NCBI GenBank assembly: GCA_964016885.1
Contig: OZ024742.1
Span: 160,642,001 to 160,706,000, forward strand
Direction of reading: 5' to 3'
DNA length: 64,000 bases
Origin: Eledone cirrhosa
Taxonomy: Eukaryota
Positions 1 to 13,357 of this stretch are shown here, in pieces. The notes under the pieces are model-generated. The model did no database searches. It had not been told where the DNA came from and saw only the letters and a program-made list of their open reading frames with translations. Each line of letters starts with the position of its first letter. Positions within the stretch are counted from its first letter, which is position 1. The translations under genes and the position numbers were made by a program.

Positions 1-253
1 GCTTTTCATTCTTTGCTTTTCATTTTTTGCTTTTCGTTCTTTGCTTTTCATTCTTTGCTTTTCGTTCTTTGCTTTTCGTTCTTTGCTTTTCATTCTTTGC
101 TTTTCATTCTTTGCTTTTCATTTTTTGCTTTTCGTTCTTTGCTTTTCATTCTTTGCTTTTCATTTTTTGCTTTTCGTTCTTTGCTTTTCATTTTTTGCTT
201 TTCGTTCTTTGCTTTTCATTCTTTGCTTTTCATTCTTTGCTTTTCATTTTTTT
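1..253. repeat. 14-bp tandem repeat (GCTTTTCRTTYTTT)n, about 18 copies, cut by window edge
   Basis: Unit directly visible; the three overlapping Phe/Leu-rich ORFs at 13-317 are its translations. Confidence 0.95.
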
Positions 254-319
254 TTTATTCTTCATTAACGTACCAGTAGATTCTCCTTCTATACCTTTCG
301 CTGCTCCGACAGGATAACA

Positions 320-505
320 GTCGAGTCCCTAGCAATGGAGACTTCTGATGCCCTTGACACTAGGGCCACCTTTCTACTCACCACCATAGGCGCTGAGCGC
401 TGAGCTGACTAGCTGCAGGTATGAGATCGTGAGCTGGAGTATCTTTTCCAGCACATCTCCATCACCCTCTTCCGGGAAAACGCGTTCTCTATTCTGTCCG
501 CCGGA
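320..505 (+). pseudogene. Decayed C-terminus of a CRE-like (restriction-like endonuclease) non-LTR retrotransposon ORF
   Basis: Manual translation VESLAMETSDALDTRATFLLTTIG..*..DRELEYLFQHISITLFRENAFSILSAG resembles the typical 'F.P.A.ET.G..G...LFQRIS.A.QRGNA..IL' end of CRE/RLE ORFs; in-frame stops. Confidence 0.6.
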
Positions 506-1199
506 GTTGTGGGTTGGCCATCACATGGGACCCCATTTGGCTCAAAATAGTGAGAAATGGGCGAGAGAGACGGAGGTAATGACAGTGGGAGTTCGGCTCC
601 TCGGATTTCGGACCTGGTGTACATGTGTGTAATAAAATTATCCAACTCCCTCTTCTTCACTAGAAATAGATTACGTCAAACCTGGAAAAGGATGTGCTCC
701 ACTTGGTTTTAATGGCCAAGGCACGCTATATGCCACAACTCCATCACAAAATAAGAATCCACAGCAGGGACTGTAGATATCTAGTTATGAATTTTGTTGT
801 TACTTATTTTTGTGTTGTATTCTTTGGTTTCTTGAAGAGGAGGAAAGGATTTTCATGGTTTTGTTAATATCTACTGTATTGTACATATTCGTATAAAACT
901 GGGGAGCTAACATTTAGAACATACATACATATCTACATGCATAAATATATATATACACATTGGCGGACTGTGTCTAAAAATATTGGTTGTCAGGAAGAGA
1001 AAAAGAGGCCCACACACAACTACAATACTATCATTTAATTTTTATATCGAATACATTTTTTTTTAAATCCTGTATTTCTGTGTATGCAATTGACAGTAAA
1101 ATTGTAAAGTAAAAATACCGATTATAGAATATATTAAATATTTCTTACCTTCTCCAATAAAAAAGATCTTGTGAAATATAAACATCCACAAAGCCATAT

Positions 1200-1220
1200 A
1201 TGTGTGTGTGGGGGGGGGGG

Positions 1221-1292
<72 letters not shown>

Positions 1293-1320
1293 TGTGTGTG
1301 CGTGTATATGTGTTGTGTGT
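1200..1320. repeat. (TG)n microsatellite with poly-G run
   Basis: Direct; representative of dozens of (TA)n/(CA)n/(TATG)n/(CT)n tracts across the window. Confidence 0.95.
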
Positions 1321-1369
1321 GACTGTATATATACATACATGATGATGGTGATGATTGCTACAGCCAATG

Positions 1370-2688
1370 GAAGCTATAGCCAGACATACAAAGCTAGGGC
1401 ATGCGAGGCGAGCGGGGCAATGTCCAGCGATGCAAAATAAGACATAAACAGACACACAACGCTAGAGCTAGCGAGGCGAGCAGGGCAATGTCCAGCGATG
1501 CCAATGCAAGACATAACCAGACACACAAAGCTAGAGATTCCGAGGCGAGCGGCGCTTTTAGCACGGCTAAGCTAAAGGAAGCTATAGCCACAGCTAGAGC
1601 TTCCGCGGCGAGCAGTGTTTTTAGTACAGCTATGCCAAAGGAAGCTATAGCCACTGTTAGAGCTTCCGAGGCGAGCAGTGTTTTTAGTACAGCTATGCCA
1701 AAGGAAGCTATAGCCACAGTTAGAGCTTCCGAGGCGAGCAGTGTTTTTAGTGCAGCTATGCCAAAGGAAGCTATAGCCACTGTTAGAGCTTCCGAGGCGA
1801 GCAGTGTTTTTAGTACAGCTATGCCAAAGGAAGCTATAGCCACAGCTAGAGCTTCCGAGGCGAGCAGTGTTTTTAGTACAGCTATGCCAAAGGAAGCTAT
1901 AGCCACAGTTAGAGCTTCCGAGGCGAGCAGTGTTTTTAGTACAGCTATGCCAAAGGAAGCTATAGCCACAGTTAGAGCTTCCGAGGCGAGCAGTGTTTTT
2001 AGTACAGCTATGCCAAAGGAAGCTATAGCCACAGTTAGAGCTTCCGAGGCGAGCAGTGTTTTTAGTACAGCTATGCCAAAGGAAGCTCTAGCCACTGTTA
2101 GAGCTTCCGAGGCGAGCAGTGTTTTTAGTACAGCTATGCCAAAGGAAGCTCTAGCCACTGTTAGAGCTTCCGAGGCGAGCAGTGTTTTTAGTACAGCTAT
2201 GCCAAAGGAAGCTATAGCCACAGTTAGAGCTTCCGAGGCGAGCAGTGTTTTTAGTACAGCTATGCCAAAGGAAGCTCTAGCCACTGTTAGAGCTTCCGAG
2301 GCGAGCAGTGTTTTTAGTACAGCTATGCCAAAGGAAGCTATAGCCACAGTTAGAGCTTCCGAGGCGAGCAGTGTTTTTAGTACAGCTATGCCAAAGGAAG
2401 CTCTAGCCACTGTTAGAGCTTCCGAGGCGAGCAGTGTTTTTAGTACAGCTATGCCAAAGGAAGCTATAGCCACAGTTAGAGCTTCCGAGGCGAGCAGTGT
2501 TTTTAGTACAGCTATGCCAAAGGAAGCTATAGCCACAGCTAGAGCTTCCGAGGCGAGCAGTGTTTTTAGTACAGCTATGCCAAAGGAAGCTCTAGCCACT
2601 GTTAGAGCTTCCGAGGCGAGCAGTGTTTTTAGTACAGCTATGCCAAAGGAAGCTATAGCCACAGCTAGAGCTTCCGAGGCGAGCAGTG
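1370..2688. repeat. 63-bp minisatellite: about 17.5 homogeneous copies (1581-2688) plus about 3 diverged upstream copies
   Basis: Unit GCTATAGCCACAGTTAGAGCTTCCGAGGCGAGCAGTGTTTTTAGTACAGCTATGCCAAAGGAA; translates as 21-aa repeats on both strands (ORFs 1401-2771 + and 1394-2662 -). Confidence 0.95.
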
Positions 2689-3064
2689 CGTCTTCTACAT
2701 TCTACCTTCTACTAGTTGGCAAACGAGAAAAAAAAATGATATTATCTTCGCGTGAGGAGATTGAACAATGAACAGTCATTGGTGTGTAAAATTAGCAGTT
2801 ACACATTTACATAACCAACAGTAGTACCACACAACCACCGAGACTGGTCGAATTTTTATGCCGTTTTTTAAAGTTATATTATAAATATCAAATTTTGGGA
2901 TCTTTAAGGTCTTACCTACTTTCCACTTCCATATTCATTCGCTTAAATATTTAACATTGTTGGATACCGTGTTCAGTTATTCTATCAATTATTAAAGACT
3001 AATATTTACTTTTATTTATTTAATTATTTACATGCTTATCTGTACAAACATCTCATTCCCCCCT

Positions 3065-3067
<3 letters not shown>

Positions 3068-3108
<41 letters not shown>

Positions 3109-3120
3109 TCTCTCTCTCTC

Positions 3121-3185
<65 letters not shown>

Positions 3186-3201
3186 ATATAGATAGATAGA
3201 T

Positions 3202-3269
<68 letters not shown>

Positions 3270-3300
3270 GGAGAGAGAGATATATAAAGAGAGAGAGAGA
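3068..3300. repeat. Compound (CT)n-(TA)n-(GA)n microsatellite, self-complementary arrangement
   Basis: Direct. Confidence 0.9.
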
Positions 3301-3656
3301 AAGAAAAACGGACTGGCATGCCTACACAGATATTCATAAATCCGCTCGTGAGTGTTATACAAATATAGCCGAATATACATATACATCACCCCTACCCCCT
3401 GCATTGTAACCTTACTTTGCATCTGGAAGCCAGTTTCCTTGAAAACCACTCGAAATCTCACAATCTCACTGAAGAAAATCAAAATATATACCTATCTCTA
3501 CTACCAGTGCACATAATATAGCGAACATTTTTTATAGATAATCGAAATACAATGGTTAAGGAAAATAAACCTAGTTTCTAATAACGGAAATAATGAAAAA
3601 TTTATCACCCCCGTCATATCCTCTCAGCATTACGTTGCATAACTTAATAGATCTTC

Positions 3657-3717
3657 CAGTTCAAATTTTGCTCTGGTCTCCCTATCATCATTCCGGGGTT
3701 GACAAAATAAGCTACCA
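3657..3717 (+). mobile_element. Degenerate SINE fragment
   Basis: GTTCAAAT...TCATCATTCCGGGGTTGACAAAATAAG..ACCA resembles the body of SINE copies at 21590 and 32429. Confidence 0.4.
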
Positions 3718-4053
3718 ATTTTTTAAAAACTCATATTCTAAACATTCATCTCTGCTTTAGGGCTTCCATTAAATATCTATATATAATATACTTCCATACC
3801 GGCTTCGTTTATTCTATCATTTGTCAGACACTACTTTTAATATTATTTATTTTCATATTTTCCCCTAATATATTTTCATATTTTCCCCCATCGGGCAAGC
3901 TGATGACCTGGCCAGTCCACCACTGTACATACATATATACATACATATATGTACAACCATACACATATGCATGAATGTATGCACACATACATACAAACAC
4001 ACACACACACACACTCACACAAACACACACATATATATATAAACATAATATAT

Positions 4054-4139
<86 letters not shown>

Positions 4140-4243
4140 ATACTCAAACATACATACACAAAGAGAGGAGGTGAGAGAGAGAAAAATACAAATGTTTTCA
4201 AATACTTACATAAAACACATTCTGTGCATATATATGTGTCTGC

Positions 4244-4291
<48 letters not shown>

Positions 4292-4881
4292 GCACAGAGA
4301 AGGGGCAAGGGAGAGAGGGAGGAAGAGATGAAAGAGCAATAAAACTGCATCTCCCTTGACATGTTTTCGTGGAGAGATAATCCATGTTTAGCCGTCTACA
4401 GGTTGAAGGCGCCAATATTTTCAACATTGGCAGTCGTCGCTCTATTTATATACAGACATCCACCACAATATATGTTTCAGTGTTAGACTGTTTGACAACG
4501 ATTCTGTGAGCTTTACAAAACAACTAACGTACTATCGTATTAATGTGCTGGCTTCTAATTTTCGTTCGTACGCTATATTCACTAGGCTTGAAACTGGCAG
4601 CTTTCTGCATTAGCAGAGCTCAATTCAAATTTATTAGTCGGCTCAAATATTCTCTTGTCTTCGTCGTCGTCAACTTAACCGTCCTGTTTATCAAGCTAGC
4701 TTTCGAAGCGTTAAATTGGCTAATTACTCTCTATGTTTCAGAAACTGATCGGCCAGTTGAAACTGATGAAATTAACAGTTAACAGCAAAACAAAGTTTAA
4801 CAATCCTCCCTTACACCACCTTAACTTATCGCTGAGCAGTAAATAGTAGCGCAACGCAACAGCAGCAATTACATATACACG

Positions 4882-4969
<88 letters not shown>

Positions 4970-5749
4970 CATACATGTGTGTATATATATATGTAGATAA
5001 ATCTACCAAAATATACGTTGTCCAATCCGTATATACATACACATATATATATATATATGTCTATATATATATATATATATGTATGTATATATGTATATAT
5101 GTGTATGTGTAATGTATGTATGTATATATATATATATATGTGTTGTGTGTGTATGTGTATACATACATACTGATATGTAAGAGATGATTGCGATGATGAT
5201 GATAGCAGTATCTGCTGACATAAATTCAAATTCGACACGATAGAGGCTTTGATTTCAACATTGTCTGAATTCTGTTGAAACAGTAGAAAATGCCTGTTAT
5301 CAAACATGCCACTTACATGGATTGGTGGATCGTTTAAGTAATAAGTATGTTTTACAGACATAATAATGACATTTTGTAGAGTTAATTGTTGCTGTTTAGC
5401 CCCAGGACAACTGTAATAAGAAGTAATTCAAACTTCAAACGAATGAAACAGTTCTAGTGCTGTAGAAATCATTTCTATATAAAATACATATGTACCTTCT
5501 TTACAAATGATCTGAGTAATTTATTTAGCAATGGTACAGAAACCAGGTACTGATCGTGGTTCAGACTACTGATGTCCGTCATTGTTATGCAAGGGACTAT
5601 GATTTGGGTATGGTTCTGATAGGGGTTATTAGTTTCACATTATGCTTTGGGTGCTGTATTACATCGAAATTAGATATTTTGATCGTATTAGTTCATGGAT
5701 ATCATTAGTCATACACACACACACATATATATATATGTATGTATATAGG

Positions 5750-7041
<1,292 letters not shown>

Positions 7042-7044
7042 CAC

Positions 7045-7076
<32 letters not shown>

Positions 7077-7080
7077 ATAA

Positions 7081-7129
<49 letters not shown>

Positions 7130-7140
7130 ATTTGTGTGTG

Positions 7141-7172
<32 letters not shown>

Positions 7173-7666
7173 GGGTTTTCTTAAGGCCCGGTCGCTGGTG
7201 ATGGTGATGGCGGCGGTGGTGGTGGCGGTGGCAGTTGATGTTGTTGTTGTGTTGTGTGCGTGTGTGTGTGTGTTTTGTTATTTTGAGTTTTTTTGTTTGT
7301 TTGTGTTTTTATCGTTTGATGCCGCTGTTGTTGTTGTTGTAAATATTCATTACAAATCATTCTGAAGCTGTTGTTGCTGTAAACATTAGTGCCGGTGTTG
7401 TTGTAGATGTTGGGGTTGAAATCTGGTCGTTTGACTGAGTGATGTATATACACACATATACATACGTATATATATATATACACACACACATTCAACAGAG
7501 AGTAGAGAGTTTGACAACAGGTCGGTGACTTTAGTCTAGATAGGGTAATGACATGTGTAAATGTATTTTTTCTTTTTTTTTTTTTGCGCGGGGACAGAAA
7601 TAATCGCGCAGTTAATTTAATAATAATTTTTCTGCTTTTGGCACGGATCCAGCGACTGCTCCAGCG

Positions 7667-7775
7667 CATTACTGGTACTCTCTTTTGTTGACTCCGTGGG
7701 GATGAAAGGCAAGGTTGACCTCGGCGGGATTTAAGCTCAGAGCGTGGAGAGCCATAGCTCTATGCTGTAAAGCAA
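7667..7775 (-). mobile_element. SINE fragment (tRNA-like family)
   Basis: Reverse complement contains CTGAGCTTAAATCCCGCCGAGGTCAACCTTGCCTTTCATCC, as in the other copies. Confidence 0.75.
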
Positions 7776-8129
7776 TTATAATAATACTGGCTGTAATACG
7801 AACGGCTTCAACGATACAAACTCTTGAAAGTCAACAGTTGACATAATCTTATAATCTTGTATCAGTAATGACGGTAATATATATATGAGTGTGTGTGAAA
7901 GTGAGTAGCGTGTGTGTGTTTGTATGTATGAGTGTTGCTGTGAGCGCGCGTATGTATGCGTGTGTGTGCGCGCGTATGTATGCGCGTGTGTGTATGTCGT
8001 ACGTATAAGTGTCAATAAGTGAGTTTTTCTTTTTTTTTTTGCGCGCGGGGACATAGAAATAATCGGGCTGGATGCCCGATCGCGCAGTTAAACTACTGGG
8101 AGTGAAGAACCCCTAGCACTTGTCAGGGC

Positions 8130-8330
8130 TTTCTTCTAGGAGAAGGCATCTCAAGAAACTGGGTTAACTCCGACACAAAACATGCGGCTCAGTAGTTACC
8201 GATGATGTTGATCTTTTCTTCTTTTCGGGTTATAGCTACTGTCGCTCAGAGAGTGGGATTGGCTCATTGCACACTCTTTCCTCACTTTAAAAATATTCGT
8301 CACGCACAGGCATTGCACGATTGCATTAAT
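8130..8330 (+). repeat. Unnamed dispersed repeat, diverged homologue of 21065-21230
   Basis: Shared blocks TTCTAGGAGA, CCGATGATGTTGA, GCTCAGAGAGTGGGATTGG, CACTTTAAAAA. Confidence 0.65.
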
Positions 8331-8332
8331 AA

Positions 8333-8745
8333 TTAAGAGGAAAATCAGGGTGGAGAGGCAAGTGCTGCTTTCTAGCAAGTTTGTTGAAAGGTGGGTGAAT
8401 GTAGCGAGAATGGCCTGAATATACGTCTGTAGTTTGAGAGATGGAAAAATTGAGAGAGGGCGCTTGCCCTGGTGGTCAGGGTGGCCGTGGTCTTTTGTGT
8501 GGTTTTCGCCACGAGTAACCCTCGGAGGTTTCCCCCCTATTGGGGAATTTTTCATTGTTTCAATTTTCATTTTTATTGTTTATATATATATATGTTTCTA
8601 TGTCCTTTCTTTTCTTTTCTTATATAAATAATAAAAATATTTACACGCACAACACCCACATCGTACCGTCCTGTACCGTTCTGTGCCGTCTGTAATGTTT
8701 TTCTTGATGTCAGCCCTTGTGGCCAATAAAGAAATCATTCATCAT
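8333..8745 (+). mobile_element. 5'-truncated Tx1-like LINE, subfamily B (ORF2 end plus 3' UTR)
   Basis: Homologous to 18698-19061 but diverged; ends CCCTTGTGGCCAATAAAGAAATC followed by (ATT)n. Confidence 0.85.
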
Positions 8746-8765
8746 TATTATTATTATTATTATTA

Positions 8766-8922
8766 TGTCCCTCGGAAGTCTCCCCCCTATTGGGGAATTT
8801 TTCATTGTTATTTTTTTTGTTACATCCTCTGTTGTTTTTTTACACGCAGAAATGCCCATTTGTACCGTCCTGTATCGTCCTGTACTGTCCTTAATGTCAA
8901 CCCTTGTGGTTAATAAAGAAAG

Positions 8923-8923
<1 letters not shown>
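8766..8923 (+). mobile_element. Very short 3' fragment of Tx1-like LINE, subfamily A
   Basis: Close match to 3' UTRs at ~18895-19061 and ~55795-55956; (TTA)n on both sides. Confidence 0.85.
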
Positions 8924-8977
<54 letters not shown>

Positions 8978-8978
<1 letters not shown>

Positions 8979-9292
8979 GCAGTCCTGAGAGTGGCTGGCT
9001 TTGGGCCAGTCTTCCGAAGCTGGATCGCTGCCATCCACAGCGACCGACATCTGCTCTGTGGTGAGAGTGAACGGTCACCTTTCGGAACCGTTCAACATCA
9101 TGCACTCGGTCCACCAAGGATGTCCCCTCTCCTCCCTCTTGTACGTATTGACTCTCGATATATATGTTTTATGTCCTTTTTTTTTCTTTTTATATAAAAA
9201 TATTTACACGCACAAAACTCACATCGTACCGTCCTGTGCCGTCTGTGATGTTTTTCTTGATGTCAGCCCTTGTGGCCAATAAAGAAATCATT
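8978..9292 (+). mobile_element. Chimeric Tx1-like fragment: internal RT piece fused to subfamily-B 3' UTR
   Basis: 8978-9158 matches ~17197-17373; 9159-9292 matches ~8585-8740. Confidence 0.8.
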
Positions 9293-9308
9293 AATAATTA
9301 TTAAGAGT

Positions 9309-9341
<33 letters not shown>

Positions 9342-9343
<2 letters not shown>

Positions 9344-11450
9344 TTCATTTATCTTGCTTTATGTTCATACGAGTTATCACCAAGTCACAACCAGTGACCT
9401 CAAGAGACAACAAGGTCCGCCATGTTCAAGAAAGAACATACATATTCACACATGCATCCTTAGTGTTTAGACTTGTGATGTACTTATATTGACAGGATCT
9501 TCCTTAGTATATGGGCAGTTCCCATTAGTACTATCTTTTGTATTTCTCCTATACGCGGGTTTCCTGGGATTTGCGATAAGTAGTCGTTAGACCCCTTAGG
9601 TATAATTCCCAGAGCGCCTACAACCACTGGTATTGTTTTAGTTCTCAATTTCCACATTTTTCCAATTTCTATCTCCAGGTCCTTATACTTGCTCAATTTT
9701 TCAAATGTTTTTATAGATACATTCTTGTCTATTGGAACAGACATATCAATTAGCAGGCATACCCTCCTTTGAAAGTCCTTCAATATTATATCAGGTCTAT
9801 TTGCATCTATTTTTCGGTCTGTTTGGATGCTAAAGTTCCACAAGATTGAGATGTGATCTTTTTCAAGTATGGGAGGGGGTTGATTCTCCCACCAATTCTT
9901 TTGATGAGGCAGATCAAAATGCTTACACATTATCCAATGTATGTATTGTGCAGCTCTGTCCTGCCTGTTTAGGTATTCGGTTGGAGCTATAGGACTGCAC
10001 ATTGAAATTATATGGTCAATGGTCTCTGGTTGTTTTTTGCATACACGGCATAATGGGCTGCACCCATTTTTTATTATGTTGGCTTGGTAATTTTTTGTTG
10101 GCAGACACTGATCTTGTGCCGATATAATTAGTCCTTCAGTCTCCGATTTCAGTCCAGAGGATGCCAACCACTGATGGGTTAAAATTTTGTCAACATCAGG
10201 ATTGTTAGCTCGCTCTGGGTATTTTCCATACAGAGGCTTTTCTTGCCATTTCTTAGCCAGTTTCTGTAGCAGTTCTTTCTTTGCAGTTACTTTTACCTGC
10301 TTTGCTTTTTCTGTGTTTTCCATTTCAGCAGTAAATGGGACTTCTGAAATTTGTAGTCCATTACTGTATCTTTGTGCATCTTTTGTAATGAAATATGATC
10401 TTTTGGTGCTTTCGTGTTTCAAAACGAGTTTGATCATCCAATCATGTGATTCCCTTAGATATGTGGATAATCCAATTGTTGCAGTTTTCAACGCAATGTC
10501 TAACTGGATTAACCCACGTCCTCCTTCTTTCCTAGGGAGATATATTCTATCTATGTCTGACTTAGGGTGATGCATTCTGTGCATGGTTAAGAATTTTCGG
10601 ATTTTTGTATCGAGCCTACGGATCTCTGTGCTTGACCAGTTGATGACATTGTAACTGTAGGTTACTACTGGTATGGCAAGCGTGTTTATGGCATCGATCC
10701 TATTCCTTGCATTCAATTCCGTTCTTAAGATTGCTCTGACTCTGCGGTAACATTCCTTCCTTATCCTTTCCCTCATTGTCGAGTGCTTGATTCCGTCTCC
10801 TTCACAAACGCCTAGATATTTGTAAGTTTTTTCTTGATCAAGCTCTCTTATCACGTTCCCCCGATCAAGATTAATGTCTGAACTCTTCAGCAGCTTTCCT
10901 CTGGTGAACGTTGCTTTGGCGCATTTATCTAGTCCAAACTCCATTTTAATGTCATCACTGAACTGCTTCACACTGGATAATAGCCCTTGCAATTGTTCAT
11001 CATTTTTTGCAAATAGTTTCAGGTCATCCATGTAGAACAGGTGATTAATGGTTTTGTCATAGACTCTATATCCATGTTTTGTTTCATTGAGCATTTTACT
11101 TAATGGTATAAGTGCGATGCAGAATAAAAGCGGTGATAAAGAGTCACCCTGAAAAATTCCACAATTAATATTAACTTCTCCAGCTTCCAGTGATTTTGTT
11201 TCACTATTCAAAAGGAGTGTCGTTCTCCATGTCTTCATACTGAATGACAAAAACCTCCTGACAACGGGGGATATTTTGAAAATCTCTAAACATTTTTCAA
11301 TCCAACTGTGTGGCAATCTATCGAATGCTTTTTTATAATCTATCCAAGCAATCGATAGATTTTTGTGTCTATTATGACAATCTTCCAGTATCATTTTGTT
11401 AACCAGAAGCTGATCCTTACTGCCATATGAGCCTCGTTTACACCCTTTCT
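9342..11450 (-). mobile_element. 5'-truncated R4/Dong-clade non-LTR retrotransposon, family B
   Basis: Contains ORF 9484-11394; 3' UTR shared with copy at 46416; TAA-repeat flanks. Confidence 0.9.
9484..11394 (-). CDS. Partial RT + CCHC + restriction-like endonuclease (R4/Dong family B), uninterrupted frame
   Basis: [59 protein letters not shown]. Confidence 0.9.
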   Translation of the reverse strand: MILEDCHNRHKNLSIAWIDYKKAFDRLPHSWIEKCLEIFKISPVVRRFLSFSMKTWRTTLLLNSETKSLEAGEVNINCGIFQGDSLSPLLFCIALIPLSKMLNETKHGYRVYDKTINHLFYMDDLKLFAKNDEQLQGLLSSVKQFSDDIKMEFGLDKCAKATFTRGKLLKSSDINLDRGNVIRELDQEKTYKYLGVCEGDGIKHSTMRERIRKECYRRVRAILRTELNARNRIDAINTLAIPVVTYSYNVINWSSTEIRRLDTKIRKFLTMHRMHHPKSDIDRIYLPRKEGGRGLIQLDIALKTATIGLSTYLRESHDWMIKLVLKHESTKRSYFITKDAQRYSNGLQISEVPFTAEMENTEKAKQVKVTAKKELLQKLAKKWQEKPLYGKYPERANNPDVDKILTHQWLASSGLKSETEGLIISAQDQCLPTKNYQANIIKNGCSPLCRVCKKQPETIDHIISMCSPIAPTEYLNRQDRAAQYIHWIMCKHFDLPHQKNWWENQPPPILEKDHISILWNFSIQTDRKIDANRPDIILKDFQRRVCLLIDMSVPIDKNVSIKTFEKLSKYKDLEIEIGKMWKLRTKTIPVVVGALGIIPKGSNDYLSQIPGNPRIGEIQKIVLMGTAHILRKILSI

Positions 11451-11496
11451 TCTTCTACTTCTTCTTCTTATTATTAGTATTATTGTTATTGTTATT

Positions 11497-13101
11497 CCTT
11501 GAATCTCAGTCATTGATGTTGGTTAACTGGAAAGTCCGTTGGATTGAATATCAAGCCACTACCTGCAGCCTCAGATATTCAGGACGTATCGGAGGGTTCT
11601 TGCTGTTCCAAGCAAGCATGCCTTTTGAAGCGTTCCAAAAAGCGTGAAGGGGCCGATTTTCTTTAACCATCCCTGGAAACTTTTGGAGATAGTCCCCAGT
11701 GCGCCTATGACAATCGGGATCACTTTGACTTCATGGCAGTTCCAAATCCTTTTCACCTCCCACTTTAGGTCATGGTATCGGTTAATTTTCTCCTTCTCCT
11801 TCTCTTGCACTCTCGTGTCGAACGGGCAGGCCACATCCACAATCAGACACGATCTTTTTTCTTTGTCCACAACCACCAGGTCAGGTCTATTGTGTTCCAG
11901 TTTTTTGTCCTTCTGTATCCTAAAATCCCACAGCACCTTCACCTGATTGTTCTCCATCACCGCCTCTGGCCTATGCTCATACCATTTCTCAGAATGTGGT
12001 AGATTGTTTACTTTGCACAGGTGCCAGTGGATCACCCTGCCCATCACATCGTGTCTCCAGCCCTTATAGTGGGTCTGGGCTAGGTGTTTACACTCGGACA
12101 CAATGTGAGCCACAGTCTCCTCTCTCTCTCCACAGATCCTGCACAGTGGGCTAGCCTCCTCCTTGTAGATATGGTGCTTCAACCACTTCGTTTTGAGGGC
12201 CTGCTCCTGCGCAGCCATTAGCATTCCTTCTGTAGCCTTTTTGAGGTCTCCTCTTCTCAACCAGTTCCATGTCTGTGGATCTCTAAATTCAGTTTTCTCA
12301 AAGAAGGTACTATGAAGGGATTTTCCCTTAAGGCTGCTCTTCCTCCTTGATGTTATTTCCTCCCTGGACATCCCCTGGCCTACTGTCCCCTCCTTCAGTA
12401 CAGTTCTGAGCATTGGCTCCTTACTATAGGTCACGTATTTGTATAGGTTGTTTTTCTCCATCTGAACACAGTCCTCTATGCTGATAAGACCTCTTCCACC
12501 CTCAGATCTCCTTAGGTAGAGTCTATCGACATCACTCCTCCTAGTCTTCCTATCCATTTCTTTTTGTTCAGCAACATTCCATCTCAGAATTCCCGCACTG
12601 TACCTAATAATAGACACAGCTCGGGAATTTACTGCGCTTATGGCATTTCTGCTGTTCAGATGTGACTTCAATACGCTCCTTACTCTCCGAATGTATTCAG
12701 TTCTTAACAATTCCTTCATTTTTTTGTTCTTTATGCCATCAGCCTCCAGAACGCCCAAATACTTGTATCCTTCCTCAGAGTCAATTTCCTTTATCATCTC
12801 ACCTGTTGGTATCTGGATCCCGTTACTTCTGCTCAACCTACCCCTCTTCATCACAATGACTCCACATTTACCAATACCAAACTGCATACATATATCACTG
12901 TTGAAAATACGGACAGTGTCAACAAGCACATCCAACTCCTTCTCACTTTTCCCGAAGAGCTTAAGATCGTCCATGAAGAGGAGGTGATTGATGGTAAGCT
13001 CTCCCCTTCCCAACTTGTATCCTGCTCTCACTTTTCGCAGCATAATGGTCAAGGGCATCAGGGCAAGGACAAACAACAGAGGGGACAGGCTATCTCCCTG
13101 G

Positions 13102-13102
<1 letters not shown>
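11497..13102 (-). mobile_element. 5'-truncated R4/Dong-clade element, family A (ORF 11571-13076; in-frame 33-bp deletion)
   Basis: [39 protein letters not shown]; lacks [11 protein letters not shown] present in sister copies. Confidence 0.9.
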
Positions 13103-13135
<33 letters not shown>

Positions 13136-13357
13136 TTATTATTGGCGACCTACGTAGTAAATCGTATCATCGTGAGCTCGGTTTGCAAAGGTTTGTTATT
13201 TTCAGTTATTTAAAATTGCCATTTATGGAAAATGTTTATTGTTAACTGTATATAAGTGCACATACATTGTTATCTGAAAAGGACACCCAAAAAGATTGGG
13301 GCCTTGTGCCCAAAATTTAAACTTTTATGATTATCAAAAAATTTCTTTGAAAAAATC

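Noticed and set aside
1581-2688. CRISPR-like array
   Set aside because: Units are contiguous and near-identical with no unique spacers; no cas genes; eukaryotic context.
3880-3930. CTGATGA near a CAGTGGTGGACTGG transposon-like end
   Set aside because: No matching GAAA/stems for a ribozyme and no partner TIR found.
10187-13245. Plus-strand ORFs over R4 copies that recur in each copy (e.g. [11 protein letters not shown]..., [10 protein letters not shown]...)
   Set aside because: Antisense shadows of the RT frame; recurrence reflects copy identity only.
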